DNA from: an uncultured Pseudomonadota bacterium
GTDB taxonomy: Bacteria > Oederibacteriota > Muellerivitia > Muellerivitales > Muellerivitaceae
Length of the DNA stretch: 64,000 nt
Direction: 5' to 3'
Assembly (NCBI GenBank): GCA_963770835.1
Contig: CAVYRH010000011.1
Location: forward strand, 64,001 to 128,000
Both the position numbers and the translations under genes were made by a program. Numbering within the stretch: the first letter of the stretch is position 1; the number at the start of each line of letters is the position of its first letter. Shown piece by piece: positions 51,821 through 61,859 of the stretch. The notes below the pieces were generated by a model that was not told the origin of the DNA, did not search any database, and was given only the letters and a program-made list of their open reading frames with translations.

Positions 51821-51940
51821 ATAGGCGCCCCTGGCCGGGCAAATCTTAGCTATCCCAATCCGCCCGCCTTGGCTATAAAATACCGCAAGTTTTCGGGTTT
51901 CCCTGTCAGCCGTCAAGCGCCAACTGTGGACCGGTGTCAA

Positions 51941-53656
51941 ATGCTCCGCCAGCTATCCGTCAAAAATTTCGCCATCGTCGAGTCCATCTCCATGGAATTT
52001 GGGCCGGGCTTCAACGTCCTCACCGGCGAAACGGGGGCGGGGAAGTCCCTCATCGTGGACGCCCTCTATTTCCTTTTGGGCGACCGCATCAACGCCGACA
52101 TGCTGCGCGCCGGGGAAGACCGGGCCCAGGTGGAGGCCCTTTTCCAGGTTCCCTCCAAGGGTTTGGCGGTCCTCAAACTTGCCGAATGGGGCATCGACGC
52201 TCCCGGCGATGAAGTCCTGGTGAAACGGGAGTTCACCCGCTCCTCGGGCAAGACCCGCAGCTTCATCAACGGCCAAATGGCCACCGCCGCCATGGTCACC
52301 GAATTGGGCGACTGGCTCATCGACATCCACGGCCAGCACGAGCACCAGGCCATCTTCAACACCGGCCGGCACCGCCAATTGATCGACGCCTTCGGCCATT
52401 TGGACAAGCTCCTGGGCCAAACCTCCGACGCTTATACCCAATTGTCGGGCTTGTTGGATGAGCAGTCCCGATTGGGGGGCGACTCCCGCGAGATCGCCCG
52501 GCGCACCGACCTGCTGCAGTTTCAACTGCAGGAAATCGAGGCTTCGGGCCTGGAAACGCTCAACGAGGAGGACCTCCTCAAGAAATACCAGATGATGAAA
52601 TACGCCGGGAAAATAACCAAATACCTCACCGAAGCGCAACAACTGCTGGATGAGGAGGGCGGGGGCGGCGCCACCGGCCTTTTCGGCACCGCCGTGGCCC
52701 GGCTTTTGGACGCGGCCAAGCTGGACCCGGGGCTGGAAGGCATGGTGGGGGAAGCCAAGGCCATCCAGGAGGGCTTGAACCAGTTTTCCTTCGATATCTC
52801 CCAGAAACTGGAGGGTTATTTCTTCAGCGAGTTCGAGTTCCAGGAGCTTTCCGACCGCCTCGACGGCCTGAACACCCTGAAGAAAAAATACGGCGATACG
52901 GTGGCGGAGATCCTGAAATACCTGGGCCAGATTAGGGAGGAACTCAAGAACCTCACGGGCCGGGAAGACCGGCTTAAAACCCTGGGGGAGGAAATCGAAA
53001 AGGCCGCGGAACAATACCGGCAGGCCGCCTCCCAGCTGGGCGCCGAAAGGGCCCAAGTGGGGGCGGATTTGGCCCAGCAGGTCCAGCAAGCCCTGGGGGA
53101 GCTCGGCCTGGCCCAGGCCAAGATGGGCATCCAAGTGACGCCCCTTGAGGAAGAAAAAAGCCCCGTGGTGGAAAAAGGGAAGCGGCTTCATTTGTCCCCC
53201 CTGGGCTGGGACAAGGTGGAGTTCCTTTTTTCCGCCAACCCCGGCGAACCCTTGAGGCCCCTGGCCAAGGTGGCCTCGGGCGGGGAAGCCTCGCGCGTCA
53301 TGCTGGCCTTGAAGACGGTCCTGGCGGGCAGCGACGAAGTCCCCACCCTCATTTTTGACGAAATCGACACGGGTGTGGGCGCGCGCACCGCGCCCGCCGT
53401 GGCCCAGCTGCTCTCGCGGCTTTCCCAATCCAAGCAGGTCCTGTGCATCTCCCACCTGGCCCCCATCGCGGGCCTGGGCGAAAATCATTTCCACGTTTCC
53501 AAAACCTTCGAGGCCGGTAAAACCTCGGTCCATGTCGGACATTTAAAGGAAAACGAACGCATCCAGGAACTGGCCAAGATGCTGGGCGGCGAGCCCGTTT
53601 CCGAAACTTCGCTGGAGCACGCGAAGGAACTCTATGCTAAAATGCGCGGCAAGTAG
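51941..53656 (+). CDS. recN: DNA repair protein RecN
   Basis: LTGETGAGKS; IHGQHEHQ; ASGGEASR; FDEIDTGVG. Confidence 0.97.
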   Translation: MLRQLSVKNFAIVESISMEFGPGFNVLTGETGAGKSLIVDALYFLLGDRINADMLRAGEDRAQVEALFQVPSKGLAVLKLAEWGIDAPGDEVLVKREFTRSSGKTRSFINGQMATAAMVTELGDWLIDIHGQHEHQAIFNTGRHRQLIDAFGHLDKLLGQTSDAYTQLSGLLDEQSRLGGDSREIARRTDLLQFQLQEIEASGLETLNEEDLLKKYQMMKYAGKITKYLTEAQQLLDEEGGGGATGLFGTAVARLLDAAKLDPGLEGMVGEAKAIQEGLNQFSFDISQKLEGYFFSEFEFQELSDRLDGLNTLKKKYGDTVAEILKYLGQIREELKNLTGREDRLKTLGEEIEKAAEQYRQAASQLGAERAQVGADLAQQVQQALGELGLAQAKMGIQVTPLEEEKSPVVEKGKRLHLSPLGWDKVEFLFSANPGEPLRPLAKVASGGEASRVMLALKTVLAGSDEVPTLIFDEIDTGVGARTAPAVAQLLSRLSQSKQVLCISHLAPIAGLGENHFHVSKTFEAGKTSVHVGHLKENERIQELAKMLGGEPVSETSLEHAKELYAKMRGK

Positions 53657-53708
53657 GGCCCGCCCCTGGGTGGCGGGGGGTCGTGATAAAAAATTTCCGG
53701 AGGAACAA

Positions 53709-54626
53709 ATGAAGCTTATCAGCCGAGTTTTGATTGCCTGTCTAGCTTTGGCGGTTGCTTTGTGCGTGGTGGTGTCGCCCGCCAGCGCGGCGGCGAAAAA
53801 GAAGAAGGAAGTCATGGTGGTCAAGCACCATCATAATGAGGGCGAGAAACCACACCCCATCAACGGCCTGAATATCTATGGCAAACCGGGATACTTTTTC
53901 AGTGACACGGCGGAGACCTTTCAAAAAAGCCAGATCGCGGGTGCGGCCCACCTGACTTTTGATACCAATGGCAATGTGCTGAACATCCCGGTAGGTGGCA
54001 GCTATGGCATCACCGACAAAATATTGGTCAACGTCAATACGAACTTTTATTCTTTCGGTGGCTATTCACAAACCATCAATGGAATAACAGTGAATGGCGG
54101 GGGTGGGAGCGGCTTGGGTTACCTCAGTTTCGGAGGAAAATATGGCTTTGGCAATGTCCTGAAAGACAGTGACAGCAACCTCAAGATCGCGGCCGGACTC
54201 GATCTATCGATAGGCCCTCTTTCCAACAACGGCGGCACGGTTGAATTCGGCTTTGATCCCTACGGTGTGGCGACTTGGACCTTGCCCGATGGGCTCCAGT
54301 TCAACGGCAGGCTGGGCGTTTTCATTACAAGCTTCAACGCAACCACCTACGACCCCATTACGGGCCAGAACGTATCCACTTCAGTCGGCTACTCCTACTG
54401 GCAGTTGGATCTGGGTGCCGCCTATCCCTTCGATCCGAACCTGACGGGTATCGCCGAATTGGCCACCAACGGTGTTTACGGCCTTGGTACCACAAGTGGC
54501 GGAACGCCCTTGCTGGTTGGTATCCGTACCGGCCACGAAGTCCAGTTGCAAGCGATGGCTGGCCTGGATCTAGGGGGCCAAGTCGGATTGTATATCGGCG
54601 GAGGCGTCGCTCTCTTTTCTATGTAA
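53709..54626 (+). CDS. Hypothetical exported beta-barrel-like protein
   Basis: Signal peptide; Gly/aromatic-rich strands. Confidence 0.6.
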   Translation: MKLISRVLIACLALAVALCVVVSPASAAAKKKKEVMVVKHHHNEGEKPHPINGLNIYGKPGYFFSDTAETFQKSQIAGAAHLTFDTNGNVLNIPVGGSYGITDKILVNVNTNFYSFGGYSQTINGITVNGGGGSGLGYLSFGGKYGFGNVLKDSDSNLKIAAGLDLSIGPLSNNGGTVEFGFDPYGVATWTLPDGLQFNGRLGVFITSFNATTYDPITGQNVSTSVGYSYWQLDLGAAYPFDPNLTGIAELATNGVYGLGTTSGGTPLLVGIRTGHEVQLQAMAGLDLGGQVGLYIGGGVALFSM

Positions 54627-54640
54627 TAGTACTTAAACAA

Positions 54641-54678
54641 AAGCCGGTTTCCCTTAATTGGGGGACCGGCTTTTTTTT
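54641..54678 (+). terminator. Intrinsic terminator
   Basis: AAGCCGGTTTCCC/GGGGACCGGCTT followed by a T tract. Confidence 0.8.
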
Positions 54679-54689
54679 GATTAAAATTT

Positions 54690-54915
54690 GAGACTGGGCC
54701 ATCTTAAATAGGTTGTTAACCACGACGGCAACCCATTTGAAGGCTTCCATGATGGGTTGTTCGCCTTTGGCGGGAACACGAAAGACAGGGTTGCGGTTGG
54801 AAGGAGCGATGTTGTACTTCGCATCCAATTCAAACAAGGTATTGTCAGGGAATTTCACCTTGAATTTCTTGGCTAACTTCTTCGAGTTGGCTTTCCAGGC
54901 GAATCGGCCGCACAT
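54690..54915 (-). pseudogene. Truncated SOS response-associated peptidase (SRAP)
   Basis: MCGRF N-terminus and YNIAPS; similarity ends after about 60 aa. Confidence 0.7.
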
Positions 54916-55094
54916 GAATCTATTTTTATGAATTGTGCCTCAAACTGCAATATGGGCAAAGTGGTCAGGTTACATTTTCACTTTAGAATTTCGGCCACAA
55001 CCCACACCCCCGCTTCCATGCCGCCTTGTCTCAATCCCCCAATTTCCCTATAATCGGCGCTCCGAATTTGGAATAACCATAAAAAGAGCGCTCC

Positions 55095-55568
55095 TTGAAC
55101 CCACTCGTCTACCGGAGGGCCAGGCCGTCCGACACCCGTTCCGTCCTTGCCCTCATCAACCACTACTCGGCCAAGGGCCTGATGCTGCCGCGGTCCTTCG
55201 CGCAGGTGGTGGAAAAAATCAGGGATTTCAACGTGGCCGTGGACGGCGGGGAATTGGCGCAGGTGAAAGGCGCCGTGGCCCTGCATGTTGTGGGGGAGGA
55301 CCTGGCGGAAGTGCGCAGCCTGGCCGTGGCGGAGGAGCTGCAGGGCAAGGGCGTGGGGCGCCAATTGATGGAAATGTGCCTGGGGGACGCCCAGGAAATG
55401 CGCCTGCCGAGGGTTTTCACGCTGACCTACCAGACCGAGTTTTTCGACAAGCTGGGCTTCGCCAAGGTGGAAAAGCTGACCCTGCCCCAGAAGATCTGGG
55501 GGGACTGCGTGCATTGCGCCAAGTTCTCGGATTGCGACGAGATCGCGATGACTAAAAACATCATTTGA
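55095..55568 (+). CDS. GNAT N-acetyltransferase, short ArgA-like
   Basis: MLPRS; LAEVRSLAV; LPQKIWGDCVHC..F..CDE. Confidence 0.85.
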   Translation: MNPLVYRRARPSDTRSVLALINHYSAKGLMLPRSFAQVVEKIRDFNVAVDGGELAQVKGAVALHVVGEDLAEVRSLAVAEELQGKGVGRQLMEMCLGDAQEMRLPRVFTLTYQTEFFDKLGFAKVEKLTLPQKIWGDCVHCAKFSDCDEIAMTKNII

Positions 55569-55706
55569 ACCACCACCCATTGGCCTGCGGCCAAGGGCAG
55601 TAAAAACCACGAGGCCACCAAAGCACCAAGAAAGGCCAAACATGATTCACATTTCGACCTTATCCTTAACTGCGGACTGCGAACTGCCGGCCGCGGACTG
55701 CCTTTC

Positions 55707-56438
55707 ATGACAGCGTCAACCACCACCACGGCCAGCCCTCAAACGGGCAAAAAGACCACCCGGCCCACCTTGGCGCGGATCTTCGCCGCTTATTACGTGG
55801 ACCTGCTGATTTGCGGGTTCCTGGCCTGGATCGTCTGTTTCACCTTCGCGTGGCAATCCTATTGGGCCACCATGGGCTTGTTTTTATTCTTCGGACAAGC
55901 CTTCTGGTGCCGGGACCGGCTGAACCCCACGGCGGGGGAATTTTGCGTGGGCATCCGCTACCTGACATCCTCTTCCAGCCAGGTCGTGGCGGATATCAAG
56001 GTGATCCCCAACAAGCTGAAATTGAACGGGTTCCTGCTTTTCGTTGGCATCGTGGAGCTGACCCTGGCCATTCTCCTCTTCTCCGGCTGGACCTTCCTGG
56101 GGAAGGCGGTTTTTATCAGCTTTAGCTTCGGCCCGCCCCTCTCGGTGGCCTATTGGGCCCTGGCCGGGTTCGCTTTTTTCATCTGCAGCGGGTATTTCCT
56201 GAGCGCCTCCAAGGTGGCCCTTTGGGTGGTGCCCGTGGTGCATGGCCTCTTCCTGGCGGACATGCTCTTGAGCCAAGGGGCCTGGAAGACCCTGCTTCAA
56301 GCCGAGCCGTTGGCCGCCGCCGGGCTTCTCCGCTGGTTAGTGGCCGAGCCCTTTCCCCTGCAGAATTTGTTCGTTTTTTGGAGTTTGTTCGTCTTCGGCA
56401 CCTTGGCTTTTTCCAGAAAACTCCTCGTCAACAAATGA
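55707..56438 (+). CDS. Hypothetical membrane protein with an RDD-like N-terminus
   Basis: RIFAAYYVD; TAGE...GIR. Confidence 0.55.
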   Translation: MTASTTTTASPQTGKKTTRPTLARIFAAYYVDLLICGFLAWIVCFTFAWQSYWATMGLFLFFGQAFWCRDRLNPTAGEFCVGIRYLTSSSSQVVADIKVIPNKLKLNGFLLFVGIVELTLAILLFSGWTFLGKAVFISFSFGPPLSVAYWALAGFAFFICSGYFLSASKVALWVVPVVHGLFLADMLLSQGAWKTLLQAEPLAAAGLLRWLVAEPFPLQNLFVFWSLFVFGTLAFSRKLLVNK

Positions 56439-57246
56439 AACCCTAAAAAAAACCAAGATTGAACCACAGAGTACACGCGCCCTGAAGCTATAAAACAGCT
56501 TTGAGGCACGGAGGACACAGGGTAAGACATTGGGCGTCTGGCGAAACCTCGAAAGAAAACCAATTTTCACCACCAAAGCACCAAGAAAGATTGGACAGGG
56601 AGGGGATTGTTGGTAAATATCGTGAAGATAATTTTTGGTTTAGTTCTACACTTTTTTTAAGATCTTATTCCAGGGCGTTAAAATACTCGGACTCCAATAA
56701 AAAAATAACCTTATGCACCCGTTGTGGTAATGAGGTTTTGCCTTCCGCGCATTTTTGCGGTGAATGCGGCGAACAGGTTAAATCCGCCGCCTGAAGGGGA
56801 ATGTTGGAATTTATAGTCTAATAAACCCAACATAATGGTTCGCCATTTGTTTATTACCGTGGTTTTTTACCGCAAATCCATCGTCCTATAACCAAAATGA
56901 AATTATGCATTTAAAATGATGAATCCCGGTGGGAAACGATATAATAAGCGCCAACTTACCCGGCAATCCTGACGTACGGCGTTCTCCGGGTAGTTCCAAC
57001 CTCAACTGAGGAAGTTCCCGGTACGGGCTTCAAAATAAAAACGGTATCGGGCAACTCCTTACCTATCAATTGTCGGTCGTGGATCAAATTTCCGTTCCCG
57101 AATGAACTCCGGGGATCAAAACCAAAACAAAATAAATGGGGATGAACCACCGGTCATTCCCCAGGCGCTTGAAAAGAGCCAAGACGTTCAAAACCGGGTT
57201 TTTAGGGTTGGAAGGGCTGTATTTTTATCAAACTCCGGGAGGGTTT

Positions 57247-58182
57247 ATGAGGCGATCGGGATGGTTTTGGGGCGTTTTCATGTTTTTGTCGTGCTTGGGG
57301 ATTTGCGCTTTGGCCCAGGCTGCGGATGTTGTTTATTTAAAGGACGGGTCGGTCATCCATGGAATGATCACCGAGGAAGTCCCGGGCGTATCCATCAAGA
57401 TTCAAACGGCCGACGGGAATATTTTCGTTTATAAGGTGAAGGCGATCGCGAAGATCACCCATAGCGCGGATAACGCCGGGGACGCGACTAACTCCGTAGT
57501 CCAACCCGGCCCTAAAGCCACGCCGGCCCCGGTAGTGGACCCCAACGCCAGGTTCAGCAAGTTCGGCTTTTTCGTCAGCGGCGGCTTTTGGGGCACGGGG
57601 GGAACACAGCAGTTCAATGCGGACCTGGAAAGCGGCACCGGGAGCACGGACTACGACTTCCTGCCCGGCTGGTTCAAATTAGGCCTGGGCTTGGGCTGGT
57701 ACACCAATAATATCGCCCTGAAGTGGGACTTCCAGGGAACCATCCAGCCTAACGACTACACCACCGACTATTATTACGGCGGCTTTTACTCCGGCAGCAC
57801 GACGGAAGACACCTACCTCATGTTCGGCGGGACGGAACTGGAGCTAGACCTGGGCCTGGATTCCATCACCAACAAGGACAATGTGATGACGTTTTACATC
57901 CCCTTGATCGTCGGGGCTTGGGAAGAGGAATATTCTTTCACCACCGACGCAGGCAGCGATACCTTCGATGGCACCTGCACGGATTTCGGAAGCGGCATCG
58001 GCATCCGGGCATTTGATAGCAGCAATTTCCTGTGGGACTGCCAGTTGGTTTACCGTGGTTCGAGCGGATCCTACCTCAAAGACGCTAACGGGAATGAAAT
58101 TCCCTATGTGAAGGGAAAATTCGTTTATGCCGATGTGTCGGGCCTGGATTTGAATTTCCAGCTGGGTTTTTTGTTCCAATAG
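57247..58182 (+). CDS. Hypothetical outer-membrane protein
   Basis: Signal peptide; DVVYLKDGSVIHG domain; C-terminal QLGFLFQ. Confidence 0.65.
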   Translation: MRRSGWFWGVFMFLSCLGICALAQAADVVYLKDGSVIHGMITEEVPGVSIKIQTADGNIFVYKVKAIAKITHSADNAGDATNSVVQPGPKATPAPVVDPNARFSKFGFFVSGGFWGTGGTQQFNADLESGTGSTDYDFLPGWFKLGLGLGWYTNNIALKWDFQGTIQPNDYTTDYYYGGFYSGSTTEDTYLMFGGTELELDLGLDSITNKDNVMTFYIPLIVGAWEEEYSFTTDAGSDTFDGTCTDFGSGIGIRAFDSSNFLWDCQLVYRGSSGSYLKDANGNEIPYVKGKFVYADVSGLDLNFQLGFLFQ

Positions 58183-58220
58183 ACTTTTCAAAGACGAGCT
58201 GAAAAGATTAAAGTGAGTAG

Positions 58221-58250
58221 GGGGGTAGCTCCAAAGGCTACCCCTTTTTT
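58221..58250 (+). terminator. Intrinsic terminator
   Basis: GGGGTAGC/GCTACCCC followed by T6. Confidence 0.75.
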
Positions 58251-58438
58251 ATTGAAGGCCGCATATTCTCCTTTGCTAAAATTAGGAGGACCGGCCGTAC
58301 GGAATGGGAAAGGCTTAACTTCAATTTTGAATTCGAAATTTTGAATTATGAATTAAAAGCGAAACGGCGGATCGATATCCAACCCGGGGGCCAGGATTGG
58401 ACAAAATTTTAGGATGCTCTTTTAAAAGCGAGGTGACC

Positions 58439-58766
58439 ATGCTCGGAAAAATAGAAAGATTTTCTAATTGGCTATGTGATATGGATTGGGGTTGGTGGCC
58501 ACTCCTTTCTTGGCGCCCTGCCAAGAACCGTTTGATGACCCATCTCCTTGTGGTTAAATTAACTGCTACTTTCGGATCAGTTGCCGGCGTCCTTTCTTTT
58601 TTATTCATTTTTTGCATGCATTATTTGTTTTCGTGGCCCCTTTCTTGGCAAATCCTCTTAGTCGGTTCCATGGTTTACGGTTGGATTTCTTTTTTCCTTT
58701 TGTTTGAATCCTCCATTTTTTTTCTGGAACCGCAGGGCCCGACGGCTTCAAAAGATAGAAAAGTAA
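58439..58766 (+). pseudogene. Paralog of 41050 with a frameshift at a T8 run
   Basis: DMDWGWWPLLSWRPA; the WNRRARRL tail is in another frame. Confidence 0.65.
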
Positions 58767-58940
58767 AGCTCTAAACCGAGACTTCACAGATAAAAGCTAT
58801 CTAATGCTGAGAACAATTTCATCGGTTTATAAGGAATTTAATGGTTCGCAAATCTACCTGCGCTAAAGCTTCGGTAGACAGGTCGTAAAGCCCGGGGAGG
58901 GTTCAACGCCGAAAAAGGAAGCGCTGAATCCTTGATGATT

Positions 58941-60101
58941 TTAGGGGCAGACCCAATTGGCATAGATCGCCAGGTCGTAATTCTGGGCGGCGGCTAAGGG
59001 AAAGGGGCTGGGCAAAGGGAGTGTGGCGGAAGTGGTAAGGTTGATGATCGATGTGTCGTAAGTCGCCCCCAAATTGGGCCAGGTGCCGCCCGGGCAAAAA
59101 CCCTCCTCGGCCAGCCAATAATTTTCAGCGGGCAGGGCGATGCCGTTCCCGGGATAGGTCAAGGTGGTGTTAAAAGCGGCGCAGGTGGTATTACTCACGA
59201 CCGCGGTCACGGCTTGGCCGATGAGGGTGTTGGGCGCGCCCCCGGAATCGCTGTAAACGGCGCCCACCATCGTACAAGGGCTCCCTCCGCTGGTACATTC
59301 GCTCAGGACAAGGCTGGTAACCCGGCCGTTGGAGCTTAACGTGAAGGGGGTTATCCATAATGGATTGCCCGTGGAATAAAGCGCGCTGCCGGGAGTGGTA
59401 TTCCCAAAAGTACCGCTGGCTCCCGAACAGACGAAAGTGGGCGTTGAGGTAGGTGTGGAAGTAGGAACAGGGGTAAAAGTGGAGGTAGGCGGGGTGGCGG
59501 TGGCCAGCGTCATCGGGCAGTAATTGGCGTAGAGGTCCCAACCGGAGTAGTTATAACCGGCCCCCGCTACGGGAAAAGCCGTGGGGAAACCGCTGCCGCT
59601 GTAGGTCTCATAAACCCCGTTTCCGGAAACGCCCGGATTTTCGTAAAGCGCCACCGTATCCGAACTGGACGTGAGGAAAACCAGCCAATAGTTTCCGGGG
59701 AAGAGGTAAGTGGCCGGAACGGGAACCGTGTTCCAGCCCGAGTTGTCCTGTTGGGCCGTCGACTCGACGACCAGGTTCCCGGGCTGCCCCCCGTTGTCGG
59801 CGTAAATGGCGAGGCTGAACTTGGTTAGGCCTAGCTGCAGGTAGATGGAAAGGCTGTAAACCATCCCCGACTGGGTGAGCTGGAATTTAGTCCCCGCCAG
59901 GTATCCTTCCAACTGGGATGAATAGGCGCCGACCACGTTGTTTCCGAGGATGGAAAAAGTGGAGCAGACGGGGGTGGCTGTCAGGGTGGGTGCCGAGGTG
60001 GAAAGGGTCGATAGAGGCGAAACGGTATAATTTTTTTGGCAGGACAGAATGCCCGCCAACACCATACCGCACAGGGTAAATAGTTGAAGCTGCCTCTTCA
60101 T
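58941..60101 (-). CDS. Lipoprotein with two related beta-rich domains and Pro/Thr linkers
   Basis: Lipobox ILSC; repeated A(I/V)Y(A/S)DxGGxP..L...NYWL...DL.ANxCP. Confidence 0.7.
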   Translation of the reverse strand: MKRQLQLFTLCGMVLAGILSCQKNYTVSPLSTLSTSAPTLTATPVCSTFSILGNNVVGAYSSQLEGYLAGTKFQLTQSGMVYSLSIYLQLGLTKFSLAIYADNGGQPGNLVVESTAQQDNSGWNTVPVPATYLFPGNYWLVFLTSSSDTVALYENPGVSGNGVYETYSGSGFPTAFPVAGAGYNYSGWDLYANYCPMTLATATPPTSTFTPVPTSTPTSTPTFVCSGASGTFGNTTPGSALYSTGNPLWITPFTLSSNGRVTSLVLSECTSGGSPCTMVGAVYSDSGGAPNTLIGQAVTAVVSNTTCAAFNTTLTYPGNGIALPAENYWLAEEGFCPGGTWPNLGATYDTSIINLTTSATLPLPSPFPLAAAQNYDLAIYANWVCP

Positions 60102-60237
60102 ACGCGAAACCCGCCAAAAAGGATAAATTTGAATAAAATTAGGATACCCCGGAAACAACCCCTGGACAACCTCCTTCGCTAAAGCTCCTACCGTTGCCAA
60201 GGCTATAGTAAGCAGGCCGGGGGACCATGGTGGGAAT

Positions 60238-61203
60238 TTGATAAAACCTTTGATTTTGGCTATCTGTGTTCTGTTGGTGATTGGGGATTTGCGCGCGCAG
60301 GCGAATGTTTGGCAGCCGTCGCCGGGCCATCAGCAAATACCGATTTGGCCCGGGGCCGCGCCCAATGCGCAGCCTATCCCAGGGCCGGAATCTTGCACGG
60401 TCAGAAACGACTCCTTGGCCGCGGGCAAACCTTGGGTCGCGGTTTGCGACGTTTCACGGCCTACCATGACGGTTTATCCGCCCAAGGGTAAAAATAGAAA
60501 TGTGGCGGTCGTTGTGTTTCCCGGAGGAGGCTACAACGTCCTGGCCATTGACCTTGAAGGCACGGAAGTTTGCGATTGGCTGGCGTCCCGGGGCTTCACT
60601 GCGGTGTTGTTGAAATACCGCGTGCCGGGTTCGGGGCCGCATTATGACCCGCAACTGGACCGTCTCGTTGTTCCGAAAATTTTGACGGCGCTGGAAGACG
60701 CGCAAAGAACGGTGGGTTTGGTGCGTTCTCACGCCGCCGAATGGCATATTGACCCGCACAAGGTAGGAGTGCTTGGGTTTTCGGCCGGTGGGCACCTGGC
60801 GGCGGTCATCAGCACGCATTTTAAAAAGCGTTTGTATTCGGCCGTGGATGCGGCTGACGAAGAAAGCTGCCGCCCGGATTTTGCGGTGGTCCTCTATCCA
60901 GGGCATCTGTGGGTTCCTGGTAAAAAGCTTGGGTTGAACCTTGATATTCAAGCCAACATCACGCCCCAGACGTCGCCGACGTTTTTGTTGCAGGCGGAGG
61001 ATGACCCGGTGGACGATGTCAACAATTCCAAGGTTTACGGTATGGCGCTAAAGATGGCCGGGGTTCCCGTGGAGATGCATTTATATGCGCAGGGTGGGCA
61101 TGCGTTTGGACTACGGCGCACAAAGTTTCCCATTACGGGATGGCCTCAGTTGGTGGACGCGTGGCTGGGAACCATCGGGATAGTTTCGGAACAGGCGCCA
61201 TGA
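60238..61203 (+). CDS. Alpha/beta hydrolase (esterase)
   Basis: PGGGY; GFSAGG; GGHAFG. Confidence 0.88.
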   Translation: MIKPLILAICVLLVIGDLRAQANVWQPSPGHQQIPIWPGAAPNAQPIPGPESCTVRNDSLAAGKPWVAVCDVSRPTMTVYPPKGKNRNVAVVVFPGGGYNVLAIDLEGTEVCDWLASRGFTAVLLKYRVPGSGPHYDPQLDRLVVPKILTALEDAQRTVGLVRSHAAEWHIDPHKVGVLGFSAGGHLAAVISTHFKKRLYSAVDAADEESCRPDFAVVLYPGHLWVPGKKLGLNLDIQANITPQTSPTFLLQAEDDPVDDVNNSKVYGMALKMAGVPVEMHLYAQGGHAFGLRRTKFPITGWPQLVDAWLGTIGIVSEQAP

Positions 61204-61221
61204 GCAGCAAACCGCGATACC

Positions 61222-61503
61222 TTATTGCCCATAGCGTCTTTTATGCCCGCATTCCCCACAAAATTTGAGGCCGGGATGGATTTCGTGCCCACACTTGTCG
61301 CACTTGACGATTTTCAAGGGGGTCTTAAAAAGCTTTCGGTAAACCAGCACTAAAATGACCGCGATCGCAATCCCCAAAAGCCTTGCCGCTTTATATCCTC
61401 CGGTGTATCCAAGCCCAATCGCCGAAAGACACAAAACCAATGCAACCATTCCTGCCAATACAATAAAGATTAATGTTTTTGGAAATGAAGGTTTAGATCC
61501 CAC
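61222..61503 (-). CDS. Small membrane protein with a zinc ribbon
   Basis: CDKCG...FCGECG. Confidence 0.6.
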   Translation of the reverse strand: MGSKPSFPKTLIFIVLAGMVALVLCLSAIGLGYTGGYKAARLLGIAIAVILVLVYRKLFKTPLKIVKCDKCGHEIHPGLKFCGECGHKRRYGQ

Positions 61504-61571
61504 TCCATCAAATTCCTTTTAAGGGTTTGAACTTTATGAAAAGGGCAGCATTCCGTGTGATTTGTGAACCA

Positions 61572-61859
61572 TTAAAGTTGAGGCTTTTTTAACTTTTGAA
61601 TTATCAAAAATAATTTCTTTCTCGCCGAGTTAGCTGTAAGAACCAAAATACCCCAACTTCCGAACATTGCCGCAAGCCAAAAATGATCACGGCTTTTTAA
61701 CGGATCGATATCTTTAAAATCGAACGCGACAAAAAGATCGAGAATAATCACAAGAGGAAATCCAATCCCAATTAGTAAATAAAATATCCACTCATATTTT
61801 TCATAAAAAATCTTTAACCCGGATAATGCTTTTTCCTCTTTTTTATTCAATTTGCTCAT
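61572..61859 (-). CDS. Small hypothetical membrane protein
   Basis: GGAGG RBS; two TM segments. Confidence 0.55.
   Translation of the reverse strand: MSKLNKKEEKALSGLKIFYEKYEWIFYLLIGIGFPLVIILDLFVAFDFKDIDPLKSRDHFWLAAMFGSWGILVLTANSARKKLFLIIQKLKKPQL

Noticed and set aside
56501..56794. 97-aa ORF ending in a zinc ribbon
   Set aside because: The N-terminal part runs through repeat scars. Only the tail (CTRCG...FCGECG, similar to 61222) looks like a gene remnant, so it is not called.
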